Assembly (NCBI RefSeq): GCF_006345805.1
Contig: NW_021828671.1
Coordinates: forward strand, 1 to 8,012
Source of the DNA: Octopus sinensis
Lineage: Eukaryota
DNA: 8,012 nucleotides
Direction of reading: 5' to 3'
Position numbers and translations under genes: made by a program. Under the pieces are notes generated by a model. It did not search any database and was not told the DNA's origin. It worked only from the letters and a program-made list of their open reading frames with translations. Numbering within the stretch: position 1 is the first letter of the stretch; every line of letters starts with the position of its first letter. This document shows positions 6,841 through 8,012 of this stretch, piece by piece.

Positions 6841-7320
6841 AAGTATATCATCTATTTACAGGAATATTCGTGGAAAATACGATCTGAAATTCTGCTATCT
6901 TCTTGAAAGGTTCTGCTGATATACCGAGATATCGAAAACTCTTTATTTATAATGGAACTTCCTACGCGCTTGAAAATTTGATTAAGTCAGTTGAAATGAA
7001 TGTAGGAAATGGAGAAGAGATTTCTTTTTTTCTTTTTCATTTTTCACCTTCATGCTTGTAAGCACAACTAGTATCAGTTAGATTTGTGTTTTCTGTGGCT
7101 TATTAATTGTCATCTAATTCTTTCCTTGTTTATAAGCAGAACCTGCCATTTAGTATCAACAAAATATCTGTTTTATATCTGTCTGCCTCTGGGCGTGCAG
7201 ACGCACGTGGTAAATATTATACAACCACTATGAAACCATTTTGTGGCCAGCTGCTAGAAAGTGACGAACAAAATGACTACGAAGTACCTTTAGCAGAGAA
7301 ACTAGCCTATAATTCGTTAT

Positions 7321-7644
7321 TCATTTCATTTATGCACCCTTATCAAGCCTAGCTAGGCTCGTGGGCCCGGTTTCCCAGGTTCTATCGCGTATGTGTCCCC
7401 CCCGCCCGCTCCAGCTGGACGGGACGCCAGTCCATCCCAGCGTTACTCAATAAACAGGAAGAAAGAGTGAGAGAAAGTTCGGGCGAAACAGTACAACAGG
7501 GGTCGCCACCATCTCCTGCCGAAGCCTTGTGGAGCTTTAGGTGTTTTCGCTCAATAAAACATACAACGCCCGGTCTTGGAATCGAAACCTCGTTCCTCCA
7601 ACCACGAGTCCGCTGCCCTAACCACTGGACCATTGCGCCGCCAC
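7321..7644 (-). mobile_element. Full-length tRNA-derived SINE with the same head as 6233-6610 but tail type B, with 12-bp TSD
   Basis: Minus-strand head GTGGCGGCGCAATGGTCCAGTGGTTAGG, B box GGTTTCGATTCC; 7452-7644 aligns to 6415-6610 at about 85%. The 3' part contains GATGGACTGGCGTCCCGTCCAG (reminiscent of the V-SINE central domain) and ends AAATGAAATGA. Flanks are ATAATTCGTTAT (7309-7320) and ATAATTCATTAT (7645-7656), 11/12 identical. Confidence 0.9.
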
Positions 7645-8012
7645 ATAATTCATTATAATTTCTAAAAAAAAAAAACTTTCTTTTTCTTCAATGCATTTTC
7701 TTTTCCTTTTCCGTTTTCGATTCATTCTTCGTCTTGACCGATCACCGCAAACCACGGTTTGTTTTGTTTGTCTTGTAATATGTAAATGTAACCATTTAAC
7801 ACGCCTAACTCGATACAGGTATAAATTATCGTTAACTCAAGTTTCCGCAATAAATAATTTTTTATGGGTGATTCCAAAAGCATTGAGCTTCGATTTTGCG
7901 TTTATAGCACTTCATTTATCAATGATTGCATACAGTATTATTGCATAATAGTATAGAAATCCTCTTCAGATTGATTTTCGATGAAACAATTGTAATCAAT
8001 GAAATAAATGGT

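Noticed and set aside
6520-7644. tRNA genes at the A/B-box-containing heads (also at 421 and 1539)
   Set aside because: The heads continue into SINE bodies with TSDs and lack a convincing full cloverleaf; they are tRNA-derived SINE heads.
6186-7658. ORFs 6186-6644, 6199-6399, 6363-6587, 6502-6753, 7382-7633 and 7467-7658
   Set aside because: SINE translations; 6502-6753 includes a real but dead transposase HTH fragment fused to the SINE head.
1-8012. CRISPR array, rRNA, prokaryotic operon or promoter features
   Set aside because: No regularly spaced repeats with unique spacers or rRNA-like sequence; the content is typical animal repeat DNA.

Overview
Eukaryotic, repeat-dominated DNA with no intact protein-coding gene that I can support. 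The SINEs match the tRNA-derived families I associate with Octopus genomes (OK/OR1/OR2 types; taxon and family names are from memory, not a search). By my coordinates about 45% of the window is transposon-derived and about 20-25% is microsatellite. It holds two decayed Tc1/mariner-type (DD37D/maT-like) transposase relics in convergent orientation (55-792 +, 5702-6840 -), each interrupted by a SINE with a 14-bp target-site duplication, and five SINE insertions in total, one of them a dimer. A 111-bp-arm palindromic MITE-like insert sits inside a SINE's internal microsatellite, and there are long TA, TAGA, CA/TG, ATT/AGT, GTT/GCT/GGT and GA tracts. The supplied ORFs are microsatellite or repeat artefacts, although a few overlap real transposase remnants. 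Most worth follow-up: a nested fold-back at 790-1768 (possible dsRNA/ADAR substrate), SINEs sharing 5' modules but carrying different 3' tails, a SINE junction with apparent tail-target microhomology, and a degenerate hammerhead-ribozyme-like motif at 3403-3450. None is demonstrably a new biological system from sequence alone.
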